From Pyrinomonadaceae bacterium (GTDB taxonomy: Bacteria; Acidobacteriota; Blastocatellia; Pyrinomonadales; Pyrinomonadaceae), in assembly GCA_046313635.1 (NCBI GenBank), contig JBKBYA010000002.1, positions 96,001 through 160,000 of the forward strand: a DNA stretch of 64,000 nucleotides, written 5' to 3'. The position numbers and the translations under genes were made by a program. Numbering within the stretch: the first letter of the stretch is position 1; every line of letters begins with the position of its first letter. Below, one piece after another: positions 51,117-60,998 of the stretch. Below the pieces are notes generated by a model. The model was not told the DNA's origin, made no database searches, and saw nothing but the letters and a program-made list of their open reading frames with translations.

Positions 51117-51809
51117 ATGGACCGCATCCTCATCATCGACGACGACGAAGAGCTCTGCGAGCTCGTCTCGGAATATCTCGGGGCCGAGGGCTTTGCGGTG
51201 ACCGCCGTTCACAACGGCGAGGCCGGCCTCGAGAGCGCGGCGACCGGTTTGTACGACATCGCCATCCTCGACGTGATGCTGCCGCGAATGAACGGCTTTG
51301 AAGTGCTGCGGCGGCTGCGCGAGTCGTCAAAGCTGCCGGTGCTGATGCTGACGGCGCGCGGCGACGACAACGAGCGCATCGTCGGGCTCGAGACGGGTGC
51401 CGACGATTATCTGCCCAAGCCCTTCAACCCGCGCGAGCTGCTCGCGCGGATCCGAGCGATCCTGCGGCGGACCAATGTGTCCGAGCACGATCCAGCGCTT
51501 CCCGAAAGGCTCCAGATCGACGACCTCGAACTGTCTCTAACCTCGCGGACGGCACGTTTGGCGGGGGCAGAGGTGGCGCTGACCTCGGTCGAGTTTGAGC
51601 TGCTCGCGGCGCTCGCGCGCGAGGCCGGCCGCGTCGTCCGCAAAGAGGATCTCAGCGAGCGCGTGCTCGAGCGAAAGCTCTCGCCATACGACCGCAGCCT
51701 CGATATGCACATCTCGAATCTTCGCAAAAAGCTCGGCACACGCGAGCGCGACGGCAGCGAGCGGATCAAGACCATCCGCTCGGTCGGCTACATTTACACA
51801 CTCGAATGA
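51117..51809 (+). CDS. OmpR-family response regulator (CpxR-like)
   Basis: LDVMLP, GADDYLPKPF, DRSLDMHISNLRKKL. Confidence 0.93.
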   Translation: MDRILIIDDDEELCELVSEYLGAEGFAVTAVHNGEAGLESAATGLYDIAILDVMLPRMNGFEVLRRLRESSKLPVLMLTARGDDNERIVGLETGADDYLPKPFNPRELLARIRAILRRTNVSEHDPALPERLQIDDLELSLTSRTARLAGAEVALTSVEFELLAALAREAGRVVRKEDLSERVLERKLSPYDRSLDMHISNLRKKLGTRERDGSERIKTIRSVGYIYTLE

Positions 51810-53182
51810 AGCTTTTCTTAAAGATCTTTTTATGGTTTCTCGCGGCGATCGCGCTGACGGTCGTCGTGCTGACCTTTGTGACGCGCACGCTGCAGACCGA
51901 GCCGCTGCTGACCCGCTGGCAGCGCTCGACCCTTTCGCAGCTCGCCTTTTACGGCGCGACGGCGTCGCAGGTGCTCGACAACGAGGGCGAGGACGGGCTG
52001 CGGATCTATCTCGATCGTTTGAAGAACGTCGGCTGGATCAGGGGGCTCGAGCTGATCGACCACGACGGCCGCGTGCTGTACGCCGATGCTGACATCGAGC
52101 AGTTCAGCAAGCCCGAAGCGAGGACCGCCATCGAGCGGGCGAGCTTGAGCGGATCGGCCGAGCTTGAGGTCTCGAGCGAGGCCGCCTTTGGTGCGGTGCC
52201 GGTGCCGGCGGCAAGCGGCGCGCGATATGTGCTCGTCGTCGGGTGGGACGCCCCGCGGACGCCGTCGATGTTCCCGGCTTCGTGGATCGGCTACGGCAGG
52301 CTCGTCGGATTTTTGTTGACCGCTTTTTTGGTCTGCTTTGCGCTGGCGCGTTACCTGTCGTCGCCGATCGCCAAGCTGAGAAGCGCGACCCAAAGGCTGG
52401 CGGCCGGCGATCTGCAGACACGCGTCGCCGACAAGGTCGGACGCCGCCGCGACGAGCTTGCCGATCTCGCCCGAGATTTTGACGTGATGGCCTCACGCAT
52501 CGAGGCACTGGTGACGTCGCAGCAGCGCCTGACGCGCGACGTCTCGCACGAGCTGCGTTCGCCGCTCGCGAGGATGAACGTCGCGCTCGAGCTCGCCAAG
52601 CAAAAGGCCGCGCCCGACTCGCAGGCGCTGCTCGCGCGCATCGAGAATGAATCTCTGCGGCTTAACGAGATGATCTCGCGCATACTGACCCTCTCAAAGC
52701 TCGAGAGCGGCAGCGACGACTTTGAACGCACGCGTGTGAATTTGACCGAGGTCGTTCGAGACGTCGCCGAGGACGCGGATTTCGAGGCCCGCGCGCGAGG
52801 ACGCTCGGTCCGCGTCATCGAGGCGGATGAGTGCCGCGTCGTCGGCAGCGAGCCCCTGCTGCGCAGCGCTCTCGACAACGTGCTTCGCAACGCCGTCCGC
52901 TACACGGCGGAGGGAACGGCGGTCGACGTCGCCGTCAGGTCAAAAGGCGGGCGTGCCGTGGTCACGATCACCGATCACGGCGGCGGCGTGCCCGAGGGCG
53001 AACTCAAAAATCTCTTTACGCCCTTTTACCGCGTCGGCGAGGCCCGCGAGCGCTCGACCGGCGGCATCGGCCTCGGCCTCGCGATCGCCCAGCAGGCCGT
53101 CAAGGCGCACAAGGGGACGATCGCGGCGGCGAACCGAAACGGCGGCCTCGAGGTCGAGATCGTGCTCAATTGCGAAACGTAG
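51806..53182 (+). CDS. HAMP sensor histidine kinase (CpxA-like)
   Basis: Two TM helices, HAMP, DVSHELRSPL, N/G1/F/G2 boxes; ATGA overlap with the regulator. Confidence 0.93.
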   Translation: MKLFLKIFLWFLAAIALTVVVLTFVTRTLQTEPLLTRWQRSTLSQLAFYGATASQVLDNEGEDGLRIYLDRLKNVGWIRGLELIDHDGRVLYADADIEQFSKPEARTAIERASLSGSAELEVSSEAAFGAVPVPAASGARYVLVVGWDAPRTPSMFPASWIGYGRLVGFLLTAFLVCFALARYLSSPIAKLRSATQRLAAGDLQTRVADKVGRRRDELADLARDFDVMASRIEALVTSQQRLTRDVSHELRSPLARMNVALELAKQKAAPDSQALLARIENESLRLNEMISRILTLSKLESGSDDFERTRVNLTEVVRDVAEDADFEARARGRSVRVIEADECRVVGSEPLLRSALDNVLRNAVRYTAEGTAVDVAVRSKGGRAVVTITDHGGGVPEGELKNLFTPFYRVGEARERSTGGIGLGLAIAQQAVKAHKGTIAAANRNGGLEVEIVLNCET

Positions 53183-53263
53183 CGGAACCCGCGCAATAAG
53201 AAGGACGCGCCGCCCGCCCGGAGATTCTCCCGAGCGAGCGGCGCGTTCGCTATCTAGAAGCGG

Positions 53264-53632
53264 TCAGATCTGCCGGCTCCGTCTTGCGTCGGCAAACGAC
53301 TTGACCGCCAATATCACAAAGACAAGGCAGATCGCCGCCATCGCGAGCTGCGAGAGCACCGCCGGGGTCATCGATATCTCGCCGAGCTTCATCACGAGCC
53401 GGCCGGCCGTGAGAATAAAGCCGATCAGAGCGACCGCGGCGGCGGCGTGCATCAGGTGCTTTCGCAGGCCCTCGTTGCCGCGCGACATCGCGCCGAGCAG
53501 AGCGAGCACGAGACCAAAGACTGCCGGGATCAGCGCCGTGATGCTGGCGCTGCCGGTCGAAACGCCGTATGCGTAGCCGGCGACGCCGACGACGATGAGC
53601 AGTATTCCGCAGAGGATAGAAGTATTGGGCAT
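53264..53632 (-). CDS. Four-TM membrane protein
   Basis: Hydrophobic ORF with SITALIPA and RKHLMH motifs. Confidence 0.8.
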   Translation of the reverse strand: MPNTSILCGILLIVVGVAGYAYGVSTGSASITALIPAVFGLVLALLGAMSRGNEGLRKHLMHAAAAVALIGFILTAGRLVMKLGEISMTPAVLSQLAMAAICLVFVILAVKSFADARRSRQI

Positions 53633-53656
53633 GGCTAAAAATACAGGGTCCGGCGA

Positions 53657-54790
53657 CTAAGGCTTCATCGCCAGGATCTTTGTTTGCAGTTTACCTGCAA
53701 GATCCGGATCGAGCACGTCGAGCTTTATCTTTTGCTGCTCGGCGAGGGCCCGGTTCTTTTGATTCACGTAAACGAGACCGATGCCGTAGATCGCGTCGGC
53801 GTCTTTTGCATTTAGGGCGAGCGCCGCCTTGAAGGTGCGAAGCGCGAGGTCGTACTGCCCCGAGTTGAGATAAGCGTCGCCGAGATAGATCTGAGCCGTC
53901 TCCCATTTAGGATCGAGCTCGGCGGCCCGCTTGTAAGGCTCGACCGACTCGGCGTATTTCCCGTCGTTGTAAAACGAATTTCCCAATCCGAGATACGGCG
54001 TCGCCCATTGCGGGTCGAGCCGGATCGCCTCGTTGAAGGCAGCCTTTGCCTCGGTAAAAAGTTTGCCGGCGTTGTAGGCGTTGCCGAGCTCGTTGTACGC
54101 GTCGGCGAAGTCGGGCTTTAGCTGCACGGCCTGCTTGAGCAGATTGATCGCATCGGCACTTCGCTTGTCGCTGCGATAGATCTTGGCGAGCTGGTAATGT
54201 GCGCGGCCGGTCCGGCTGCCCTGCGCAATTGCGCGCTCAAAGGCCGATCTCGCATCGGCCGTCCGCTTGAGCTCGATGTAATCCATTCCGAGCCAGTAGT
54301 TGGCATCGGGCTGCTGCGGGTTTATGGCGAGCGAACGCTCGTATGCCTGGGCCGACGCGATGTAATTCTTTTGCCGGTTGTGAGCGATGGCGAGCTCGTA
54401 GTAGGCCTGGGCGTTCTGCGGATTTATCTCGGTCGCCTTGATATACGCGGCGATGGCCTCGTTGTAGCTGCCGAGATCGTCCAGCGCGTTGCCGAGCTGT
54501 ACGTACGCCTTGTCGTAGTCGGGCTTGATGCGGACGGCCTCGCGAAACGAAGTTACGGCCTCGGAGTACCGCTTGAGCCGGTACAACGCGAGACCGATAT
54601 TGAAGTGGGCCGCAGAATCGTTCGGATAGCTCCCGAGGTACTGCCGAAACGAAGCGATCGACGCCTCGTACTGGCCGGCACCGAACTGCGAAAGTCCGCG
54701 TTTGAAGGCTTCGTCAGGCGTCTGGGCGAACGCGACGGCCGCGAGCAGGGCGACCGTGAGCGCGATCGCCGAAATTCTCGTACTCTTCAT
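53657..54790 (-). CDS. Secreted TPR protein
   Basis: Signal peptide and about ten canonical TPR repeats. Confidence 0.92.
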   Translation of the reverse strand: MKSTRISAIALTVALLAAVAFAQTPDEAFKRGLSQFGAGQYEASIASFRQYLGSYPNDSAAHFNIGLALYRLKRYSEAVTSFREAVRIKPDYDKAYVQLGNALDDLGSYNEAIAAYIKATEINPQNAQAYYELAIAHNRQKNYIASAQAYERSLAINPQQPDANYWLGMDYIELKRTADARSAFERAIAQGSRTGRAHYQLAKIYRSDKRSADAINLLKQAVQLKPDFADAYNELGNAYNAGKLFTEAKAAFNEAIRLDPQWATPYLGLGNSFYNDGKYAESVEPYKRAAELDPKWETAQIYLGDAYLNSGQYDLALRTFKAALALNAKDADAIYGIGLVYVNQKNRALAEQQKIKLDVLDPDLAGKLQTKILAMKP

Positions 54791-56757
54791 TTGCTCCTCC
54801 AGGCGGTGCGAGTCGCCGCAACGTCATTTTTTTGGATGGGAAGGGTGATCGCCGAAGCGTTTCGCCCGCCATAATACACTCGGTTGGTCGCTTTTTGAAA
54901 ATCCTTCGCGGTCGCAAGCTTGTAATTTGCCATGAACTTCTGCGGGTTGCGCGCGACGAGCGGGAACCACGTGCTCTGGATCTGCACCATTATGCGGTGG
55001 CCCTTTTTGAAGGTATGCGTCACGCCGGGCATCACGAAGGAGAGCCGGGTCGCGGCATTTGGCACGAGAGGCTTCTGCGTCGTAAAGCCGTCGCGGAATC
55101 TCGCCGGCATCGGCTCGCCGCGCAGCAGCATCTGGTAGCCGCCGGGCTGAAAGACCGACCAGGCCGAGGTCTCCGGCGGCCGCACGCCCTCGGGATAGCG
55201 GTAGTCGTCGGGGAAAACGTCGATCAGCTTGACGACAAAGTCCGAGTCGGTGCCGCTCGACGACACGAAGAGCGACGGCTTGATGTCGCCCGCGACGGTC
55301 ACGTCCTCGCGGAGCGGATCGGTCTGATAAACCAGGACGTCGGGCCGCGTCGAAGCGAACCGCTGATCCTCGGTCATAAAGTCGCGCGGGTAGTTGAATG
55401 TGATCTTTTGCGTGTAGGGCACCGGATTCCACGGGTCCGAGACGTACTCGTCGTACCTGGTCGGCCCTGCCGGCGGCGTCCAAGAGAGCATTCCGCCGGC
55501 GGTCAGATAAAGCGAGCGCTCGACACTGCCGTTCGGCTCGTACGCGTCGAAGTGGCGCCACTTGTGCTCGCCCGTGTCAAAGAGATTTACCTCTTTGATG
55601 TCGTCGATATCGCCCTTGTCCTTGAGGAAGTGTTCAAAAAAGGCGAGCTCAATATTTTGACGGTAATACTCGCCGGTCTTTTCCCCGAAGTAGGCCGTGC
55701 CGAGCCAGTCGCCCGCCGCTCGCGACCAGCCGCCGTGGTCCCACGGGCCGACGACGAGCACGTTGAATATCCCGGGATTCTGCCGCTCGATGTGCTGGTA
55801 TGTGCGGAGCGCGCCGTAGAGGTCCTCGTTGTCGTACCAGCCGCCGACGGTCATCGTCGCGCATTTGATGTTCTTGAGCTTGGGCAGGATATTGCGGGCC
55901 TCCCAGAACGAATCGTACGTAGGATGCTGCATCATCTCATCCCAAAATTTGATCCGCGTTCCGAGTCCCTGCTGGTAGAGGTCCGAGACCTCCTTTAATC
56001 CGCCTGCAGTGAGAAAGAAGTCGTAGCCGTCGGCCGTCTGCCGGCCTTTCCAAGGCCTGACGTGCTCGCCCTGGCTCGTCGGCTTTGGACGGTACTGCCC
56101 GAAAAAGCGAAAGAACGACCAGTTCTGCGCGAGAAACAGCGCTCCGTTATGGTGCATATCGTCGCCGTGAAACCAGTCGGACACCGGAGCCTGCGGCGAG
56201 CATGCCTTCAAAGCCGGATGCGAGTCGATCGAGCCTGCCGAGGTGTAAAAGCCGGGATACGAGATGCCGTACGTGCCGACTCGGCCGTTGTTGTTCGGCA
56301 CGTTCTTGACGAGCCAGTCGATCGTGTCGTACGTGTCGGTCGACTCGTCGATGTCGGTCGGCTTGTCATTGGCGATGTCGGGCCGCACGTCCATAAACTC
56401 GCCCTCGCTCATCGTTTTACCGCGCACGTCCTGATACGCGAAGATGTAGCCCTCGCGGGCAAACAATCCGCTCGGACCGAGGCTCGTCCTGAATTTGTCC
56501 TCGCCGTACGGGGCGACCGTGTACGGCGTGCGGTTGAGCAGGATCGGGTACTTCTTTGACTGGTCTCTTGGACTGTAGATCGCGGTAAAGAGCCTGACGC
56601 CGTCGCGCATCGGGATCATCACCTCGCGCTTGGTGTAGTTGGCCCTGATGTACTCGGCGAGCTCGTTCTGAGCTGCCGCCGGCTGCTGTGCAAACGACGC
56701 CCATGACGCCGCGAGTAAAAGTACGACCGACAAAAAAAGTATCCGGTTCTTGCGCAT
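54787..56757 (-). CDS. CocE/NonD-family (S15) hydrolase
   Basis: IPMRDGVRL, RTPY, QDVRG, GISYPG, GPWDHG; start MRKNR. Confidence 0.93.
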   Translation of the reverse strand: MRKNRILFLSVVLLLAASWASFAQQPAAAQNELAEYIRANYTKREVMIPMRDGVRLFTAIYSPRDQSKKYPILLNRTPYTVAPYGEDKFRTSLGPSGLFAREGYIFAYQDVRGKTMSEGEFMDVRPDIANDKPTDIDESTDTYDTIDWLVKNVPNNNGRVGTYGISYPGFYTSAGSIDSHPALKACSPQAPVSDWFHGDDMHHNGALFLAQNWSFFRFFGQYRPKPTSQGEHVRPWKGRQTADGYDFFLTAGGLKEVSDLYQQGLGTRIKFWDEMMQHPTYDSFWEARNILPKLKNIKCATMTVGGWYDNEDLYGALRTYQHIERQNPGIFNVLVVGPWDHGGWSRAAGDWLGTAYFGEKTGEYYRQNIELAFFEHFLKDKGDIDDIKEVNLFDTGEHKWRHFDAYEPNGSVERSLYLTAGGMLSWTPPAGPTRYDEYVSDPWNPVPYTQKITFNYPRDFMTEDQRFASTRPDVLVYQTDPLREDVTVAGDIKPSLFVSSSGTDSDFVVKLIDVFPDDYRYPEGVRPPETSAWSVFQPGGYQMLLRGEPMPARFRDGFTTQKPLVPNAATRLSFVMPGVTHTFKKGHRIMVQIQSTWFPLVARNPQKFMANYKLATAKDFQKATNRVYYGGRNASAITLPIQKNDVAATRTAWRSK

Positions 56758-56837
56758 TGCTTGTCTCCCTATTTGGCCTTGAGGTTGAGGTAGAACAGGG
56801 AGATTCTCGCTCAATTCGCAGCGGGAGCAAAACCGCC

Positions 56838-56955
56838 GCGGGTCGAATGCGGCTCGCGGATCTCGGATCGCGGATCTCTCCAGGCAGAGACGCGTCTCAG
56901 ATGCTGAATGCAATGCGCGGGGTCGATTTCGCGGTCCGCGAACCGCGATCGATCA
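56838..56955. repeat. Degenerate inverted heptamer repeats (tcgcgga / tccgcga)
   Basis: ctcgcggatctcggatcgcggatc ... tcgcggtccgcgaaccgcgatc. Confidence 0.5.
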
Positions 56956-59757
56956 GATCGGTGTCTCTCGGTCGCGGTTCTGCCCGGAGCGCATTTCTTC
57001 GATCATCTCGGCGATGGCGGATTTGAGGTGTTCGGTGACGGCCGCGTAGGCGTCTTCGTCGTGGCCCGCGGCGACGTCTTTTGCGTAAAACGGCTTGCCG
57101 AATCGCAGCTTAACCTTTGCCGGTCGGATGCGCATCGAGCGTCGGGGCCAGACCTTGTAGAGGCCGTCGAGCGCGACGGGCAGGATGGGCAGATCGAGCT
57201 CGGTCGCGAGAATGGCGGCGCCTTTTTTGAAGTCGTGCAGGCGGCCGTCGTAGGCGCGTTCGCCCTCGGGATAGATGTTGAGGATCTTTCCGTTCTTGAG
57301 TCCCGCGGCTCCAGCCTTCATCGCCCGCATCAGCTGCGTTTCCTGGTCGATCGGCACGACGTGCAGCATCTTTGCCACCCAGCGCATGAAGCGGTTCTCA
57401 AAGAACATCGCCGCTCCGACGTGAAACGTATTGCTGAACTGCTCGTACCCGTAAGTCGAGCACACGACGAATGGGTCGAGGAAGCTCTGGTGATTCGGAC
57501 AAATGATGAACGGCCGCTTGAGGGACTTGAGCTCGTCGAGACCCCGCACCTCGAGCCGCGTGAAGGCAAGGAAGAACAGATAAAAAAGCTTGTAGACCGC
57601 GAACGCGAACGGCGTGAAAAAGATCCGCTTTTTCAAGATCGGCCTAATGTCGTCGACGTCGGCCGGCGTCTGGCGTACGATCGCGGGCCACATGGCGGCT
57701 AGGGATGAGGGATGGGCGGCGAGGGATGAGTGATGAGGGATGAGGGATGAGGTCGACCGCGCGTCGCCGGTCGGTGCGTCGGCCGAATGAGCGTTGACCA
57801 GCTTGATCACCTCGCGGACGGTGAGAGCTTGCGCGGCCTCGTCGCCGTTGAACTCGGTCGCGAGCGAATGCTCGAGCGCGGCAAACGTCTCGGCTCGCGC
57901 GAGCGAGTCGAGACCGAGATCGATCTCGAGATTCATATCCGGATGGATGACGTCGACGTCCTTCGCGTTCTGCCTGACGGCGGCCGCCACCATCGCTCCG
58001 GCGGGCGATGCGAGCAGCTCGCTGTCGGCGGTCGAGAATTGCCACTCCTTAGGCTCGCGGCCGCCGCCGTTTGCCATCGCTCCGCTCTCGACCTGCTTCT
58101 TTAGCTCAAATCGCTTGACCTTGCGCGTCGCCGTTCGCGGCAGCGGCTCGGCGCGGATGATGTAGTCGCGGACGCGCTGGTACTCGGGCAGCTCGCGGCC
58201 GAGATTGTCGAGCGCGTAGCGGATCGCCTCTCGTGAATTGGCGATCTTCTCGTTGCGGAGATATTCAAAATCCGGCACGACCACGGCGGCCAATTTTTCG
58301 GCCCCGGCGCGCTGCTCGCTAGCGTCGCTGATGCCGATGATCGCCATCTCCTCGACGAGCGGCGTTTTGAGATAGTGGGCCTCGAGGTCCTCGGGATGGA
58401 CGTTCTTGCCCGACGGCAGCACGATGACGTCCTTGGCGCGGCCGACGATGTAGAGATGGCCGTCGCGATCAAACCTGCCGAGATCGCCTGAGCGAAACCA
58501 ACCGTCCTCGGTAAAGGCCTCGGCCGTCGCCTGCGGATTTTTGTAATAACCGCCAAAGACCACGCCGCCGCGAATGAGCACCTCGCCGACGCCGTCTTTG
58601 TCGGGGTGGTCGATCTTGACCTCTGTGCCCCGCATCGGCTTGCCGACCGAACCGACGCGGTTGTCGTCGACAAACGTCGCCGTCGCAGCACCGCTCGTCT
58701 CGGTGAGGCCGTAGCCCTGCAGGATCGTGAATCCGAGCTTGTGAAAGTCCTTTGCCGCGTCCTCGTCAAAACGCGAGCCGCCCGAGATCGCGAGCCGCAG
58801 CCGGCCGCCGAAAGACTCGTGCACCTGCGAAAACAATTTCGGTCCGAGATTGACGCCGATCGTGTCACGCAGCGCGCCGTTTGCCGCGAGCATCGCGCGA
58901 AAGAGCGTCTGCACCGCTCTAGGCTTTGCGGCAACGGCGTCAAAGATCTTTTTGTGAAACAGGTACCAGAGCCGCGGCACGGTCGTGAGGATCGTCGGCT
59001 TGAATTCGCGCATCGCGCTCGAGAGCTCGGCGGGCGAGAGTTCTTTGAGATAGCCGACCTCGCAGCCGTACGTCGTCGCGACCCACAGATTGACGATCTG
59101 CAGATAGGCGTGAAAGAGCGGGAGCAGGCTGAGGATCTTTTCTTTGTCGGTCAGCTCGAGCACGTCGTTGATGCCGTCGAGCTCGGCGACGATGTTGCCG
59201 TGCGTCAAAGGAACGCCCTTCGGGGTGCCGGTCGTCCCGCTCGTGTAGATCAAGAGCGCAACGTCGCCGCCCGCGGCCCGCGGACGCTCGGCCGCAAACT
59301 CGGCAGGAAAGTCCGACGAAGCCCAGTCCGCAAAGTCGGCACCGCCCGCTGACGTCCACACGACGGTCTTCACGTGCCGCCCGGTTCGCTGCTGGATCTG
59401 TGCGACCTTGTCGGCAACCTCGGCGCCGACGAACGCCAGCTTCGCTTCAGAATTCTCAAAAAAGTTGGCGAGCGTCTCGATCTCGCCGTGCGGGTCGAGC
59501 GGCACGCAGACCGCACCGTGATAGAGCGTTGCGAGATACGCGACGGCCCAGCTCGGGTGATTTTCGCCGATGACGACGACGCGGTCGCCGAAGGCGATAT
59601 TCTCGCGCCGCAGATTGTATGCGACGGAGCGTATCTGCCGGAGCATCTCGCCAAAGGTATAGACCTGAGAGTCGTCGCCGACGACGCGCATCGCGATCTT
59701 TTCGCTGCGCTGCTCGCATGATCTGACAACTCTTTCGAGATATGAGCCTGACGTCAT
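56953..59757 (-). CDS. Fused AMP-dependent acyl ligase + carrier protein + PlsC-type acyltransferase
   Basis: YTSGTTGTPKG, GYGLTE, LGLDSL (phosphopantetheine site), NHQSFLD, YPEGER. Confidence 0.92.
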   Translation of the reverse strand: MTSGSYLERVVRSCEQRSEKIAMRVVGDDSQVYTFGEMLRQIRSVAYNLRRENIAFGDRVVVIGENHPSWAVAYLATLYHGAVCVPLDPHGEIETLANFFENSEAKLAFVGAEVADKVAQIQQRTGRHVKTVVWTSAGGADFADWASSDFPAEFAAERPRAAGGDVALLIYTSGTTGTPKGVPLTHGNIVAELDGINDVLELTDKEKILSLLPLFHAYLQIVNLWVATTYGCEVGYLKELSPAELSSAMREFKPTILTTVPRLWYLFHKKIFDAVAAKPRAVQTLFRAMLAANGALRDTIGVNLGPKLFSQVHESFGGRLRLAISGGSRFDEDAAKDFHKLGFTILQGYGLTETSGAATATFVDDNRVGSVGKPMRGTEVKIDHPDKDGVGEVLIRGGVVFGGYYKNPQATAEAFTEDGWFRSGDLGRFDRDGHLYIVGRAKDVIVLPSGKNVHPEDLEAHYLKTPLVEEMAIIGISDASEQRAGAEKLAAVVVPDFEYLRNEKIANSREAIRYALDNLGRELPEYQRVRDYIIRAEPLPRTATRKVKRFELKKQVESGAMANGGGREPKEWQFSTADSELLASPAGAMVAAAVRQNAKDVDVIHPDMNLEIDLGLDSLARAETFAALEHSLATEFNGDEAAQALTVREVIKLVNAHSADAPTGDARSTSSLIPHHSSLAAHPSSLAAMWPAIVRQTPADVDDIRPILKKRIFFTPFAFAVYKLFYLFFLAFTRLEVRGLDELKSLKRPFIICPNHQSFLDPFVVCSTYGYEQFSNTFHVGAAMFFENRFMRWVAKMLHVVPIDQETQLMRAMKAGAAGLKNGKILNIYPEGERAYDGRLHDFKKGAAILATELDLPILPVALDGLYKVWPRRSMRIRPAKVKLRFGKPFYAKDVAAGHDEDAYAAVTEHLKSAIAEMIEEMRSGQNRDRETPI

Positions 59758-59764
59758 AGCCGGA

Positions 59765-60718
59765 TCATTCGTTTGCGGGGGCAGGTACGCGGATCTTCAA
59801 CGCCGAGGGCACTACCTCGTAGATCGCGGGCAGACGGCCGGGAAGTTCGCCGTCGGTCTCGAGACGGATCTCGACGTTCGGGTCGGCGGAGGAGACCTCG
59901 ATACGCTTTGCGAGGCGCTCGTTCACCTCCGAGAGCGAGCCGTGCGTGCCGCGATATAAGGTGTGCGCGTTGAGCAAGACCTTGGCCGCCGCGATGTCGC
60001 CGATGTTGACGACGTTGAGCAGGCCGTCGCCGAGTTTGGCTTCTGGCGCGATCATCATCCCGCCGCCGAAGTATCGCGCGTTTGCGATGCAGAAGTTCAC
60101 CGTCCGCAGGTTCTGCGCCGCCTCGCCGTCGATCGAGACCCGCACCGTGACGGGGTCGAGATCGAGCACTTCCTGCAGAGTCGAGAGCGCAAAGCTCGCG
60201 CGGCCGCGGACGCGGTCGACAGGCAGCCATTTGAGCGACGTCGTCGTCTTGACGCGGTCGAGTATCGACGCCGCGAGACCAAACGACGAGACGTTGACAA
60301 AGAAGCGCGACGCCTGCTCGCCGTCGTGGCCGCAAAACGTCACGCGGCCGACGTCGATCGTCCGCGTGCGTCCCTCGCGCAGCGCGCGTGCGCATTCGCG
60401 AATGCCGTTCGGCATCCCGATCGTGCGGCGAAAGTCTCCGCCCGTACCCGACGGCAGCACGCCGAACTCGACATCTTCGCCCGTCTGCAGGATCCCGTTC
60501 GCGACCTCGTTGATCGTCCCGTCGCCGCCGCACGCGAGGACCAATCGCCGGCCCGACGCTACCGCGCGCTTCGCCAGCTCGATACCGTCGCCGGGGCCTT
60601 TTGTAAAGGCGACATTGAACGGCCCGAAGTGCGTGCGCAGGTCGCTCGCTATCGCCGACCACTTTTCGCGCGTGGCTCCGGCGGCGGATCTTGGGTTAAC
60701 GATCACAAGGGGAAGCAT
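59765..60718 (-). CDS. Diacylglycerol kinase family lipid kinase (YegS/BmrU)
   Basis: IVNP, GGDGTINEV, PSGTGGD, YFGGG, TDGE. Confidence 0.92.
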   Translation of the reverse strand: MLPLVIVNPRSAAGATREKWSAIASDLRTHFGPFNVAFTKGPGDGIELAKRAVASGRRLVLACGGDGTINEVANGILQTGEDVEFGVLPSGTGGDFRRTIGMPNGIRECARALREGRTRTIDVGRVTFCGHDGEQASRFFVNVSSFGLAASILDRVKTTTSLKWLPVDRVRGRASFALSTLQEVLDLDPVTVRVSIDGEAAQNLRTVNFCIANARYFGGGMMIAPEAKLGDGLLNVVNIGDIAAAKVLLNAHTLYRGTHGSLSEVNERLAKRIEVSSADPNVEIRLETDGELPGRLPAIYEVVPSALKIRVPAPANE

Positions 60719-60767
60719 CCGAGACAAAAGTCTAACGACGAATGCGCGGAAGGCCAAGTTGGGGGAG

Positions 60768-60993
60768 TCCTTTGTCCCTGGTGCTTGGCCCTTTGTTTTT
60801 GGTTTTTTGTTTTTGGTTTTTGGCTTTTTGTCGCGACGTCAACCCGGCACGGCCTACAAGCGGCGAAGTTGAGCGGCAAGACAACAAAGGACCAAATACA
60901 AAAGAGCAAAAACAAAAAACAAAAAACCAAAGACTAAGGACAAATGACCAAGGACCAAGGACAAATGACTAAGGACCAAGGACAATTGACTAA
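60768..60993. repeat. Long inverted heptamer arrays
   Basis: ttttggt/tttgtcc units, a central spacer, then accaaag/ggacaaa/gaccaag units. Confidence 0.85.
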
Positions 60994-60998
60994 CCCAC

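Noticed and set aside
60768..60993. CRISPR array or coding ORFs 60703..60930 and 60742..60972
   Set aside because: No constant repeats with unique spacers and no cas genes; the ORFs are translations of low-complexity heptamers.
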